This document shows positions 51,220 through 64,000 of a DNA stretch of 64,000 bases, piece after piece; the first letter of the stretch is position 1; every line of letters begins with the position of its first letter. Location of the stretch: positions 19,468,001-19,532,000 of the forward strand of contig OZ024755.1 of NCBI GenBank assembly GCA_964016885.1. The letters run 5' to 3'. Below the pieces are notes generated by a model that worked only from the letters and a program-made list of their open reading frames with translations, was not told the origin of the DNA and made no database searches. The translations under genes and the position numbers were made by a program. The DNA comes from Eledone cirrhosa. Its lineage: Eukaryota.

Positions 51220-51534
51220 ACAAGATAAATAATGAAAACTTCCATTATATTATTAAATCCTTCTCAATTTTTTTTTTATTATTTTTAAAATTAATTGAAA
51301 AATCCTAGGCAGTATGTTTCATTCGAAATATGATAAGAAATGGGTTAATATGAGAAATATTCTATAATTCTATAATTTACACCATTTTGGATAACATCTG
51401 TGACAGTGTTAAAGATGTGTGCCAAGTGCTCATCATACAACTATTTCATTTGTTTATGTAATATTGCTTATCTATAGTATATTGAATATTACTAATTTGT
51501 CTATGTAATATAGCTATCTATCTATAGTGCATAG

Positions 51535-52122
51535 CAAGCAAGTCAAACTGAGGGTCCTCTGAGGGCCACATGGCTCACATATGTGTTGTCTGAGGGCCAC
51601 ATGGCTCACATGGCTCACATGTGTGTTGTCTGAGAGCCACATGGCTCACATGTGTGTTGTCTGAGAGCCACATGTGTCACATATGTGTTGTCTGAGGGCC
51701 ACATGGGTCACATATGTGTTGTCTGAGGGCCACATGGGTCACATATGTTGTCTGAGGGCCACATGTGTCACATATGTGTTGTCTGAGGGCCACACTTGAC
51801 AACTAATTGTGCACATTACAACTAATTGTGCACATTACAACTAATTGTGCACATTACAACTAATTGTGCACATTACAACTAATTGTGCACATTACAACTA
51901 ATTGTGCACATTACAACTAATTGTGCACATTACAACTAATTGTGCACATTACAACTAATTGTGCACATTACAACTAATTGTGCACATTACAACTAATTGT
52001 GCACATTACAACTAATTTTACGAAGATAAAACATGTTTGTGCTGTAAAAATCTTTGTGTAGGCTGCAGGTGTACTTGTAAAGGGCTGCATGTGGCCCGTG
52101 TGATGTATGTTTGACATGCCTG
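51535..52122. mobile_element. hAT (Charlie-like) non-autonomous element with two internal minisatellites
   Basis: TIRs CAAGCAAGTCAAAC / GTTTGACATGCCTG; 8-bp flanks GTGCATAG / ATGTATAG; ~31-bp and 19-bp internal arrays. Confidence 0.7.
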
Positions 52123-52127
52123 ATGTA

Positions 52128-54472
52128 TAGTATATGGTGCTAGTTTGTCTATGTAATATAGCTATCTATAGTATATAGTATATGGTGCTAGTTTGTCTAT
52201 GTAATATAGCTATCTATAGTATATAGTATATAGTGCTAGTTTGTCTATGTAATATAGCTACCTATCTATAGTATATAGTATATGGTGCTAGTTTGTCTAT
52301 GTAATATAGCTACCTATCTATAGTATATAGTATATGGTGCTAGTTTGTCTATGTAATATAGCTACCTATCTATAGTATATAGTGCTAGTTTGTCTATGTA
52401 ATATAGCTACCTATCTATAGTATATAGTATATGGTGCTAGTTTGTCTATGTAATATAGCTATCTATCTATAGTATATAGTATATGGTGCTAGTTTGTCTA
52501 TGTAATATAGCTATCTATAGTATATAGTATATGGTGCTAGTTTGTCTATGTAATATAGCTATCTATAGTATATAGTATATGGTGCTAGTTTGTCTATGTA
52601 ATATAGCTACCTATCTATAGTATATAGTATATGGTGCTAGTTTGTCTATGTAACATAGCTATCTATAGTATATAGTATATGGTGCTAGTTTGTCTATGTA
52701 ATATAGCTATCTATAGTATATAGTATATGGTGCTAGTTTGTCTATGTAACATAGCTACCTATCTATAGTATATAGTATATGGTGCTAGTTTGTCTATGTA
52801 ATATAGCTACCTATCTATAGTATATAGTGCTAGTTTGTCTATGTAATATAGCTACCTATCTATAGTATATAGTATATGGTGCTAGTTTGTCTATGTAATA
52901 TAGCTATCTATAGTATATAGTATATGGTGCTAGTTTGTCTATGTAATATAGCTATCTATAGTATATAGTATATGGTGCTAGTTTGTCTATGTAATATAGC
53001 TATCTATAGTATATAGTATATGATGCTAGTTTGTCTATGTAACATAGCTACCTATCTATAGTATATAGTATATGGTGCTAGTTTGTCTATGTAACATAGC
53101 TACCTATCTATAGTATATAGCATATGGTGCTAGTTTGTCTATGTAATATAGCTATCTATAGTATATAGTATATGGTGCTAGTTTGTCTATGTAATATAGC
53201 TACCTATCTATAGTATATAGTATATGGTGCTAGTTTGTCTATGTAATATAGCTACCTATCTATAGTATATAGTATATGGTGCTAGTTTGTCTATGTAATA
53301 TAGCTACCTATCTATAGTATATAGTATATGGTGCTAGTTTGTCTATGTAATATAGCTACCTATCTATAGTATATAGTATATAGTGCTAGTTTGTCTATGT
53401 AATATAGCTACCTATCTATAGTATATAGTATATGGTGCTAGTTTGTCTATGTAATATAGCTACCTATCTATAGTATATAGTATATGGTGCTAGTTTGTCT
53501 ATGTAATATAGCTATCTATAGTATATAGTATATGGTGCTAGTTTGTCTATGTAATATAGCTATCTATAGTATATAGTATATGGTGCTAGTTTGTCTATGT
53601 AATATAGCTACCTATCTATAGTATATAGTATATGGTGCTAGTTTGTCTATGTAACATAGCTACCTATCTATAGTATATAGCATATGGTGCTAGTTTGTCT
53701 ATGTAATATAGCTATCTATAGTATATAGTATATGGTGCTAGTTTGTCTATGTAACATAGCTACCTATCTATAGTATATAGTATATGGTGCTAGTTTGTCT
53801 ATGTAATATAGCTACCTATCTATAGTATATAGTGCTAGTTTGTCTATGTAATATAGCTACCTATCTATAGTATATAGTATATGGTGCTAGTTTGTCTATG
53901 TAATATAGCTATCTATAGTATATAGTATATGGTGCTAGTTTGTCTATGTAATATAGCTATCTATAGTATATAGTATATGGTGCTAGTTTGTCTATGTAAT
54001 ATAGCTATCTATAGTATATAGTATATGATGCTAGTTTGTCTATGTAATATAGCTACCTATAGTATATAGTATATGGTGCTAGTTTGTCTATGTAACATAG
54101 CTACCTATCTATAGTATATAGTATATGGTGCTAGTTTGTCTATGTAATATAGCTACCTATCTATAGTATATAGTATATGGTGCTAGTTTGTCTATGTAAT
54201 ATAGCTACCTATCTATAGTATATAGTATAAGGTGCTAGTTTGTCTATGTAATATAGCTATCTATAGTATATAGTATATGGTGCTAGTTTGTCTATGTAAT
54301 ATAGCTATCTATAGTATATAGTATATGGTGCTAGTTTGTCTATGTAACATAGCTACCTATCTATAGTATATAGTATATGGTGCTAGTTTGTCTATGTAAT
54401 ATAGCTACCTATCTATAGTATATGGTGCAAGTTTGTCTATGTAACATAGCTACCTATCTATAGTATAGTATA
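52128..54472. repeat. ~46-50-bp AT-rich satellite (ATGGTGCTAGTTTGTCTATGTAATATAGCTA...TATAGTATATAGTAT)
   Basis: About 48 units; diverged units also at 51450-51530, 54775-54950 and 55350-55412. Confidence 0.97.
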
Positions 54473-54477
54473 TACCA

Positions 54478-54770
54478 TACTCTGAGTGCCTTGCTTCCCT
54501 GGGCATGGATGCATTAAGCTCCGACGCCTGGCAACTGACTTGGTAAACACCCACAAAATTATTAACCATCTTGCCAACAACAACCCTGAGCACTTTTTTG
54601 ATTTCCATGTGTCTAACACACGTGGACATGCCCACAAAGTCAGAAAACAGCACAGCTCCCATGACTTTCGGAAAGATTTTTTCACGCTCAGAGTTGCTGA
54701 AGCATGGAACAAACTACCTGCATCAGTTGTTAGCTGTCGAGACACTGCATCCTTTAAAACCTCCATGGAA
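54478..54770 (+). mobile_element. CR1/L2-type LINE 3' fragment
   Basis: LRRLATDL...TRGHAHK...RKDFFTLRVAEAWNKLP C-terminal signature. Confidence 0.85.
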
Positions 54771-54954
54771 CAAACTGTATATAGCTATCAATAGTATATG
54801 GAATATATTACTAATTTGTCTATGCAATATAGTTATCTGTAGAGTATAGTCTATAGCGCTAGTTTGTCTATGTAATATAGAGTATAATATATATAGTATA
54901 TAGAGTATAGTATATGGAATATGTTACTAGTTTGTCTAATGTAATACAGCTGCA

Positions 54955-55340
54955 TGTTTTCACACTCAGAGTTACCCTTTCAGAAACACATTTTCACTCT
55001 CAGAGTTGCTGAAGCATGGAACAAACTACCTGCACCAGTTGACAGCTGTCGGGATACTGCATTCTTCAAAACTTCCATACTTCCTGAAATTTACCAACAC
55101 TAAATCTGATTTTCCTTCTCCAGTCTAACCCATGCTAGCATGGAAGATCGATTTTAAACGAAGATGATGATGATGATGATGATGATACACATGCATGCAT
55201 GTGTATCTGTGTGTGTATGTATATCATGACTCATACACTGATCACTTTCTTGACATTTGTACATTATTCTATGTATTATACATACACCTTTGATGAGTTG
55301 TAGTGCACCTGAGCACTGTATGCAATAATCTTTATTATTA
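54955..55340 (+). mobile_element. Second CR1/L2 3' fragment, interrupted by a short RTE tail (55124-55185)
   Basis: CTCAGAGTTGCTGAAGCATGGAACAAACTACCTGCA repeated from 54688. Confidence 0.65.
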
Positions 55341-55557
55341 TATATTTGTTATCTATCTATGGTATATAGAATATATTACTAGTTAGTCAATGTAATTACA
55401 GCTATCTTTCTATAGTTAGGTACACAAATGTGTAGTAGGATAACAGGCAGACTAACAGGAAAGGAAAACTTTGTATGTAGTAGATGTTCAGGGACAATTG
55501 ATAGTTAGAGTGCCAATAATAATAATAAAATAAAAAATTTAAACCTTTTCTAATTTT

Positions 55558-56292
55558 GGAAGGATCCATAGAAGTGGTTGATAGCTTCTGGTACCTTGGT
55601 GATATAATTAGCAGTTGAGGATTCATAAAAGTGGTTGATAGCTTCTGGTACCTTGGTGATATAATTAGCAGTTGAGGATTCATAGAAGTGGTCGATAGCT
55701 TCTGCTACCTAGGTGATATAATCAGCAGTGGTGGAAGGTGCTTAGAGAGCATAGTAGCTAGATTAAGGACAGGATGGAAGAAGTTTAGGCAACTGTTACC
55801 CCTGCTAACAACAAAAGAACAAAGGTTTCTCCCTATGAATGAAAGGTCGGCTGTATGATACTTGTGTGCAAAGTGCCACCATGCTGTATGGTAGTGTGAC
55901 ATGGGCAGTGAATGCAGAGGACATGCAAAACCTTGAGAGAAAAGAAGCAAACATGCTTCAATGGATGTGCAATGTTATTGTACCAAAAAGAACAAAGTAT
56001 GGCTGAACCCGAGAGAGAAACTGGGTCTGAAGAGTCAGAAGTAGTGTGCAGGAGAAGAGACTATGGACAATGATCACTGGAGTGCTAAGTAATTCCAGTG
56101 GAAGGAAGCTCCAGTAGAAAAAGACCAAGAAAGGCCTGGATGGAAGTGGCGAGAGCTGATTTCAGATCGGTGAAGTTCACAGAGGAGATGACAAAGGAAT
56201 GTGACAAGTGGGAAAATGCTGTACTGAGAAGGACCCATCCAGCCCATGCAAGCGTGGAACAAGGGATGTAAAATGACAAAAATGGTGATGGC
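55558..56292 (+). mobile_element. Older decayed RTE-type LINE 3' portion with 57-bp internal triplication
   Basis: SIEVVDSF.YLGD x3, [17 protein letters not shown], tail. Confidence 0.85.
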
Positions 56293-56551
56293 ATTATCTA
56301 ATGTGTCCTTCATTTTTTAAAGATAGTGAGGTGTTATTTGAGGAGTGATTTGGCTGATATTTCTTGCATGCTGATGGTCCATATACATTCAATGTCTACT
56401 GTCATGACAAAATACTTGATCTTCACCCTCCTTCATGCTATCCTCATCAAAAAATACTAAACAAAACATCTGTAGGAGTTAGGTGTCTGAAACTTACCTT
56501 AGAATTGGACAACAAACCTCTCAACTTTCATTTTCACTACATATATGCATT

Positions 56552-57290
56552 CACACACACACACACTGACACAGAGACACACACACACACCAACACACAC
56601 ACACTGACACAGAGAGACACACACACACCAACACAGAGACACACACACACCAACACACACACACTGGCTCAGAGACACACACACACCAACACACACACAC
56701 TGACACAGAGACACACACACACTGACACAGAGACACACACACACTGACACAGAGACACACACACACACACTGACACAGAGACACACACACACCAACAGAC
56801 ACATTGGCTCAGAGACACACACACACCAACACAGACACACTAGCTCAGAGACACACACACACCAACACACACCAACACAGACACACTAGCTCAGAGACAC
56901 ACACACACCAACACAGACATACTGACACAGAGACACACACACATTGACACAGAGACACACACACACACTGGCACAGACACACTAGCTCAGACACACACAC
57001 ACACCAACACACACACACATACTGACACAGAGACACAAACCAACACACACACACTGACACAGAGACACACACACACACCAACACACAGAGACACACACAC
57101 ACACTGACACAGAGAGACACATACACACACTGACACAGAGAGACACACACCAACACACAGAGACACACACACACTGACACAGAGAGACACATACACACAC
57201 TGACACAGAGAGACACACACACACCAACACAGACACACTGACACAGAGACACACACACACCAACACAGACACACTGACACACATACACAA
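56552..57290. repeat. CA-rich compound repeat (CACTGACACAGAGACAC/CACCAACAC)
   Basis: Direct inspection. Confidence 0.92.
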
Positions 57291-57885
57291 ACCAATGTCT
57301 AGGCATTTACATGGTCACTTGACTTGCTAGAAAGAGCAGTCTTATTTCCCTAAAATTGTACTCTACCTATAAAAGTAGGATATGTAGAGGATGTGTAGAA
57401 AAGTCTATTACATTGACTGTCTCTGTTGCTAGGTAGTTGACTTAATCCATTCCCCTGTTAGACACCAACACCTGGTCTATATCGGTGACAACTCTGTTGT
57501 AAACATTCTGATAAGGTTTCTAGTCCCTTCCTTCTTTCCTTCCTTCCTTCATTCCTACCAGTCATGAAAGCTCTGTCAATAAGTTATGGGTAGGTACTGC
57601 CATCCGTTCTCTGATTAAGCCAGGCATGAGCTACCTTTTGTGAGCAGTGGGCCCGCAAGGGATGTGGTTCATCATAGGGTGGGTCACACTACTAAAACTA
57701 TTCAAGGCAGTTTTAAAATTAGGTGTGTCATTCAGAAAGCCAAATGGGCCACATACAGTTTGTGGGCCCATGACTGGATTAAAGCCTAAAAAAAATAAAT
57801 AATAGTAAAGATATATTCGATAAGATAATTATAGTTAACAATATAAATTCTGAAAAGATATTTAAGGCTGGAACATTTATATTAT

Positions 57886-57972
57886 TTATACTCGAGTCCT
57901 ATAAACTGTTGAGTGCTACTTATCCGATATTTGCATTGCTTTATTGTGCTACAATAAAACTCACCTCCTACA
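57886..57972 (+). mobile_element. Tail of the 34931-35249 element family
   Basis: TATACTCGAGTCCTA...ACAATAAAACTCACCTCCTACATA followed by (TA)n. Confidence 0.7.
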
Positions 57973-58370
<398 letters not shown>

Positions 58371-58427
58371 TCTTACACATTTATTCCCACTATTTGTTTC
58401 ATCCATCTGTGTTTTCAATTGAAATTT

Positions 58428-58459
<32 letters not shown>

Positions 58460-58974
58460 TTGTCATTGCCTTTTCTTTCCTTTTTGGGGATCAATAATAT
58501 GAGATAAAGTAATAATATACAGCCTTTCTCTCTCTCAATACATATTGGGTTCCACTTTTCCTGACAAAAATAGGCCATACACCTTCTTTAAAGAAATCAT
58601 TATTTTTAATTTGAACCATTTCCATTGCTTTAGAAGATTTTTTGTTTTTTCTTGTTCAATTATATCCCTGTCTCTTGTATAATTATTTCTAGTTGATTAA
58701 TTTTTGTATAGTTTCACTAAAGCTTTCTAAAATATAATTTTTAATGTTCTTTGTTGTTTAAGCACTCTCCTACGTATTCATTGATTTCCAAATTCTAATT
58801 CCCTTCAGCAAAAGCAGAAGAGATTCCATATTGTTAACTGCCTGTTACATTTCTTCTTTGGGAGACCTAATTATTCCAGTCTGCTGCTAGAGTCTTTTCC
58901 AATTTTAGCCTGATTTCTTAGGAGGTTGTCACTTCCATTATATCAAAAACTTATTTGATATATATATATATATA

Positions 58975-59384
58975 TAACGAAGGAAATGTGGTAAGGAACC
59001 AGATGGACCATAACACACCAAAGTACTCAATACTTAGGGTAGTAGAGTGGCTAATAGGAACAAGTATGAGACCGAAGGCAGAGCTCAAGCCGTTTCGACG
59101 GCTAATTCTGGACTAATTAGCCGTCTAAACAGCTTGAGCTCAGTCGTCGGGGTCATACTTGTTCCTATATATATATATATATATATATATAGGAAAATGT
59201 TCAAGACCCCAGCGGCAGAGCTCAAGCCGTTTCGACGGCTAATTAGTCCAGAATTAGCCGTCGAAACGGCTTGAGCTCTGCCGTCAGGGTCATACTTGTT
59301 CCTATTACCCACTCTACTACCCTAAGTATTGAGTACTCTGGTGCGTTATGGTCCACCTGGTTCCTTACCACACTTCCTTCGTTA
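58975..59384. mobile_element. Head-to-head pair of P1 palindromic micro-elements separated by (TA)n
   Basis: 58975-59167 (-) and 59190-59384 (+). Confidence 0.85.
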
Positions 59385-60075
59385 TGTTGGACGCTATGCT
59401 TTGATGCACAGAGTTACGGCCCTTGCCATTCTGAGTTCGAATCCCACCGAGGTTAACTTTGCCTTTCATCCTTACGGGGTCGATAAAATAAAGTACCAGT
59501 AATGCACTGGGTAATTGCTGGCCTTGTGCCAAAAGTAGAAACAAATTATTATCCTTATTGTTATTATGAATTTGATATCTGAGTCATTGATGTTATTTAA
59601 CTGGAAAATTCAGCCAAATGAACATCAAGCTGTTATGTGCAGCCTCAGATATTCAGGACATATAACATGCCTTTTGAAATGTTTCAAAAAAAGGGGGCTA
59701 GGTTAATGTTACTATTATTATTATTATTAGGGCGGTGGATTGGCAGTATCGGTAGAGGGTCGGACGCCATGCTTTCCAGCATAGTTACGTCCCTTTACGA
59801 TCTGAGTTCAAATCCTGCCGAGGTTGACTTTGCCTTTCATCCTTACGGGGTCGATAGAATAAAGTACCAGTAATGCACTGGGTAATTGCTGGCCTTGTGC
59901 CTAAAGTAGAAACAATTATTATTATTATGCTTTGCAGCATAGAGTTACGTCCCTTTACGATCTGAGTTCAAATCCTGCCGAGGTTGACTTTGCCTTTCAT
60001 CCTTACGGGGTCGATAAAATAAAGTACCAGTAATGCACTGGGTAATTGCTGGCCTTGTGCCAAAAGTAAAAATTA
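59385..60075 (+). mobile_element. Three SINE family B copies (59385-59550, 59729-59926, 59927-60075)
   Basis: B-box, core and (ATT)n tails. Confidence 0.85.
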
Positions 60076-60295
60076 TTATTGTTATTATTATTGCTAAAAG
60101 GTGGGTGAATGTGGTGAGAATGGTCTGTGTGATTGGACCTATTCTGAGGTGCCCTCAAAGCTTTGGGTGGTTCAGGATTGGTGGGCTACCCGAGTCGCTC
60201 CTGGATGGGAGAGGGCACTTTGCCCTCACGGACAGGGTGACCGTGGTTTTTGTGGGATTTCTACACAAGTGACTCTTGTGACTCTGGGGAAGTTA

Positions 60296-61300
60296 TGTTT
60301 GTTTAAATGTTTATTTTCTTAGTCTGTTTATAGTCTGTTTAAATGTTTATTTTCTTAGTCTGTTTATAGTCTGTTTAAATGTTTATTTTCTTAGTCTGTT
60401 TATAGTCTGTTTAAATGTTTATTTTCTTAGTCTGTTTATAGTCTGTTTAAATATTTATTTTCTTAGTCTGTTTATAGTCTGTTTAAATGTTTATTTTCTT
60501 AGTCTGTTTATAGTCTGTTTAAATGTTTATTTTCTTAGTCTGTTTATAGTCTGTTTAAATATTTATTTTCTTAGTCTGTTTATAGTCTGTTTAAATGTTT
60601 ATTTTCTTAGTCTGTTTATAGTCTGTTTAAATGTTTATTTTCTTAGTCTGTTTATAGTCTGTTTAAATATTTATTTTCTTAGTCTGTTTATAGTCTGTTT
60701 AAATGTTTATTTTCTTAGTCTGTTTATAGTCTGTTTAAATGTTTATTTTCTTAGTCTGTTTATAGTCTGTTTAAATATTTATTTTCTTAGTCTGTTTATA
60801 GTCTGTTTAAATATTTATTTTCTTAGTCTGTTTATAGTCTGTTTAAATATTTATTTTCTTAGTCTGTTTATAGTCTGTTTAAATGTTTATTTTCTTAGTC
60901 TGTTTATAGTCTGTTTAAATGTTTATTTTCTTAGTCTGTTTATAGTCTGTTTAAATGTTTATTTTCTTAGTCTGTTTATAGTCTGTTTAAATGTTTATTT
61001 TCTTAGTCTGTTTATAGTCTGTTTAAATGTTTATTTTCTTAGTCTGTTTATAGTCTGTTTAAATGTTTATTTTCTTAGTCTGTTTATAGTCTGTTTAAAT
61101 GTTTATTTTGTAAGACTGTTTATAGTCTGTTTAAATGTTTATTTTCTTAGTCTGTTTATAGTCTGTTTAAATATTTATTTTCTTAGTCTGTTTATAGTCT
61201 GTTTAAATGTTTATTTTCTTAGTCTGTTTATAGTCTGTTTAAATGTTTATTTTCTTAGTCTGTTTATAGTCTGTTTAAATGTTTATTTTCTTAGTTTATA
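60296..61300. repeat. 36-bp tandem array, ~28 copies
   Basis: TGTTTAAAT(G/A)TTTATTTTCTTAGTCTGTTTATAGTC. Confidence 0.97.
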
Positions 61301-61372
61301 AATTTTGAAAAACCCAGACTGGTATATAAATACGATATTAACAAATGGAAACTATATTTATAAAACCATATT

Positions 61373-61437
61373 TATTTCATTATACATATTTCAAGGACAC
61401 CAAGTTAAATTATGGTGTGCTTTCATCAGATAAAATA
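61373..61437 (-). ncRNA. Type I hammerhead ribozyme (mirror copy)
   Basis: Exact reverse complement of 61598-61662. Confidence 0.72.
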
Positions 61438-61597
61438 TAATATAGATCAGTTTTATAAATAAATATTGACATACCCTTAAAGAATGCAACCATTACTGTT
61501 GGAAGCTCCCGGATAGTACTATCCGGGAGCTTCCAACAGTAATGGTTGCATTCTTTAAGGGTATGTCAATATTTATTTATAAAACTGATCTATATTA

Positions 61598-61662
61598 TAT
61601 TTTATCTGATGAAAGCACACCATAATTTAACTTGGTGTCCTTGAAATATGTATAATGAAATA
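61598..61662 (+). ncRNA. Type I hammerhead ribozyme (minimal)
   Basis: TATTTTAT-CTGATGA-AAGCACACC/GGTGTCCTT-GAAA-T-ATGT-A-TA-ATGAAATA; 8-bp stem I; predicted cut after A61654. Confidence 0.72.
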
Positions 61663-61702
61663 AATATGGTTTTATAAATATAGTTTCCATTTATTAATAT
61701 CG

Positions 61703-61745
<43 letters not shown>

Positions 61746-62044
61746 CCCTATGCTCATACAAAATTTTGTGATAAATCATTTCCATTTTGTAAACTAAGAA
61801 ATGAATAAATAATGGTGAAATTCCTTGAATTTCTTGTATATTTGTATATTTTATAATGAGATGAGGTATGACATATATTCTGAATATATCATATAAAACC
61901 AAATATAGAATAAAAAGATGAACATAAGAAAAAAGAGATTAGAATTTGAAAATAAATGATTATGTGTATATATATGCATTATAAATATATATATCCAAAA
62001 TTAAATTAAGGGTGTCATGTCCGAGAGACATATATATTTATTTT

Positions 62045-62083
<39 letters not shown>

Positions 62084-62447
62084 CATATATATATACATAT
62101 ATATATACATATATATATATACCAATATCCGTAGGTGTGAAAAGAAAAAAGGAAAACCTTGATATATATATATACATACATATATATATGTGTATATATA
62201 TATATATATATAGAGAGAGAGGTAGAGAGAGAAAGAGAGAGAGAGCAAACGAGAAAGAGAGAGAGCCATGTTTGATGTATTTCACAAAAATACTACCTCA
62301 ACACACCTGATTCGATGACATATAAAAGGTGACATAACTAAATGATATCATTCATTACTGATGCTAGCGAAATATTAAAGTGCTTTCGTTTCATCATCTA
62401 ATTGGAGATTCCTTCGCTACAAATAAAGAATTCCTTACCAATTTACG

Positions 62448-64000
62448 GAAGCAAAACCTACCTATTAAAAAAACCCCAATATTTATAGAGAAATTTCAGG
62501 GATTTAAAATTCAGCAATCACCCCCATTTCCAGAAGCAAACCCTACCTATTAAAAAAATACCAATATTTATAGAGAAATTTCAGGGATTTAAAATTCAGC
62601 AATCACCCCCATTTCCAGAAGCAAACCCTACCTATTAAAAAAATACCAATATTTATAGAGAAATTTCAGGGATTTAAAATTCAGCAATCACTCCCATTTC
62701 CAGAAGCAAACCCTACCTATTAAAAATAAACCAATATTTATAGAGAAGTTTCAGGGATTAAAATTCAGCAATCACCCCCATTTCCAGAAGCAAACCCTAC
62801 CTATTAAAAAAAACCCCAGTATTTATAGAGAAATTTCAGGGATTTAAAATTCAGCAATCACCCCCATTTCCAGAAGCAAACCCTACCTATTAAAAAAAAC
62901 CCAATATTTATAGAGAAATTTCAGGGATTTAAAATTCAGCAATCACCCCCATTTCCAGAAGCAAACCCTACCTATTAAAAAAAACCCAGTATTTATAGAG
63001 AAATTTCAGGGATTTAAAATTCAGCAATCACCCCCATTTCCAGAAGCAAACCCTACCTATTTAAAAAAACCCAATATTTATAGAGAAATTTCAGGGATTA
63101 AAATTCAGCAATCACCCCCATTTCCAGACAAACCCTACCTATTAAAAAAATACCAATATTTATAGAGAAATTTCAGGGATTTAAAATTCAGCAATCACCC
63201 CCATTTCCAGAAGCAAACCCTACCTATTAAAAAAATACCAATATTTAAAGAGAAATTTCAGGGATTTAAAATTCAGCAATCACTCCCATTTCCAGAAGCA
63301 AACCCTACCTATTAAAAATAAACCAATATTTATAGAGAAGTTTCAGGGATTAAAATTCAGCAATCACCCCCATTTCCAGAAGCAAACCCTACCTATTAAA
63401 AAAAACCCCAGTATTTATAGAGAAATTTCAGGGATTTAAAATTCAGCAATCACCCCCATTTCCAGAAGCAAACCCTACCTATTAAAAAAAACCCAATATT
63501 TATAGAGAAATTTCAGGGATTTAAAATTCAGCAATCACCCCCATTTCCAGAAGCAAACCCTACCTATTAAAAAAAACCCAGTATTTATAGAGAAATTTCA
63601 GGGATTTAAAATTCAGCAATCACCCCCATTTCCAGAAGCAAACCCTACCTATTTAAAAAAACCCAATATTTATAGAGAAATTTCAGGGATTAAAATTCAG
63701 CAATCACCCACATTTCCAGACAAACCCTACCTATTAAAAAAATACCAATATTTATAGAGAAATTTCAGGGATTTAAAATTCAGCAATCACCCCCATTTCC
63801 AGAAGCAAACCCTACCTATTAAAAAAATACCAATATTTAAAGAGAAATTTCAGGGATTTAAAATTCAGCAATCACCCCCATTTCCAGAAGCAAACCCTAC
63901 CTATTAAAAAAATACCAATATTTAAAGAGAAATTTCAGGGATTTAAAATTCAGCAATCACCCCCATTTCCAGAAGCAAACCCTACCTATTAAAAAAAACC
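62448..64000. repeat. 85-bp satellite, ~18 copies, with a 592-bp (7-mer) higher-order repeat; runs off the window
   Basis: GAAGCAAACCCTACCTATT...CACCCCCATTTCCA; diagnostic variants recur at +592. Confidence 0.97.

Larger units (their letters stand above)
61323..61712. mobile_element. 390-bp spacer-less palindrome of a hammerhead-bearing pseudo-LTR-like unit
   Basis: Axis between 61517/61518 (GGATAGT|ACTATCC); 195-bp arms with one mismatch seen; ends in (TA)n. Confidence 0.85.

Noticed and set aside
58500-58950. Minus-strand protein-like fragments (ENNYTRDRDIIEQEKTKNLLKQWK...)
   Set aside because: Broken by stops or frameshifts, no identifiable motif

Overview
Repeat-dense, AT-rich eukaryotic DNA with no complete host gene; the repeat repertoire suggests a cephalopod (octopus-like) genome (inference). 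It holds 5'-truncated RTE-type LINEs, one with a 705-codon open RT frame and a PHD-like C4HC3 finger inside the RT. There are three tRNA-headed SINE families, CR1/L2 remnants, piggyBac-, mariner/pogo- and hAT-type non-autonomous elements, many micro/minisatellites and a few candidate isolated exons (best: 37041-37196, +). The most unusual signal is about a dozen short palindromic elements beside (TA)n tracts. Several carry complete or half type-I hammerhead ribozyme cores, resembling Penelope-like pseudo-LTR fold-backs; the clearest is a 390-bp near-perfect palindrome with two divergent hammerheads at 61323-61712. A two-hairpin module from the RTE 3' tail has also amplified twice into long tandem arrays. 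All calls were made by eye, coordinates are approximate, and no database searches were run.
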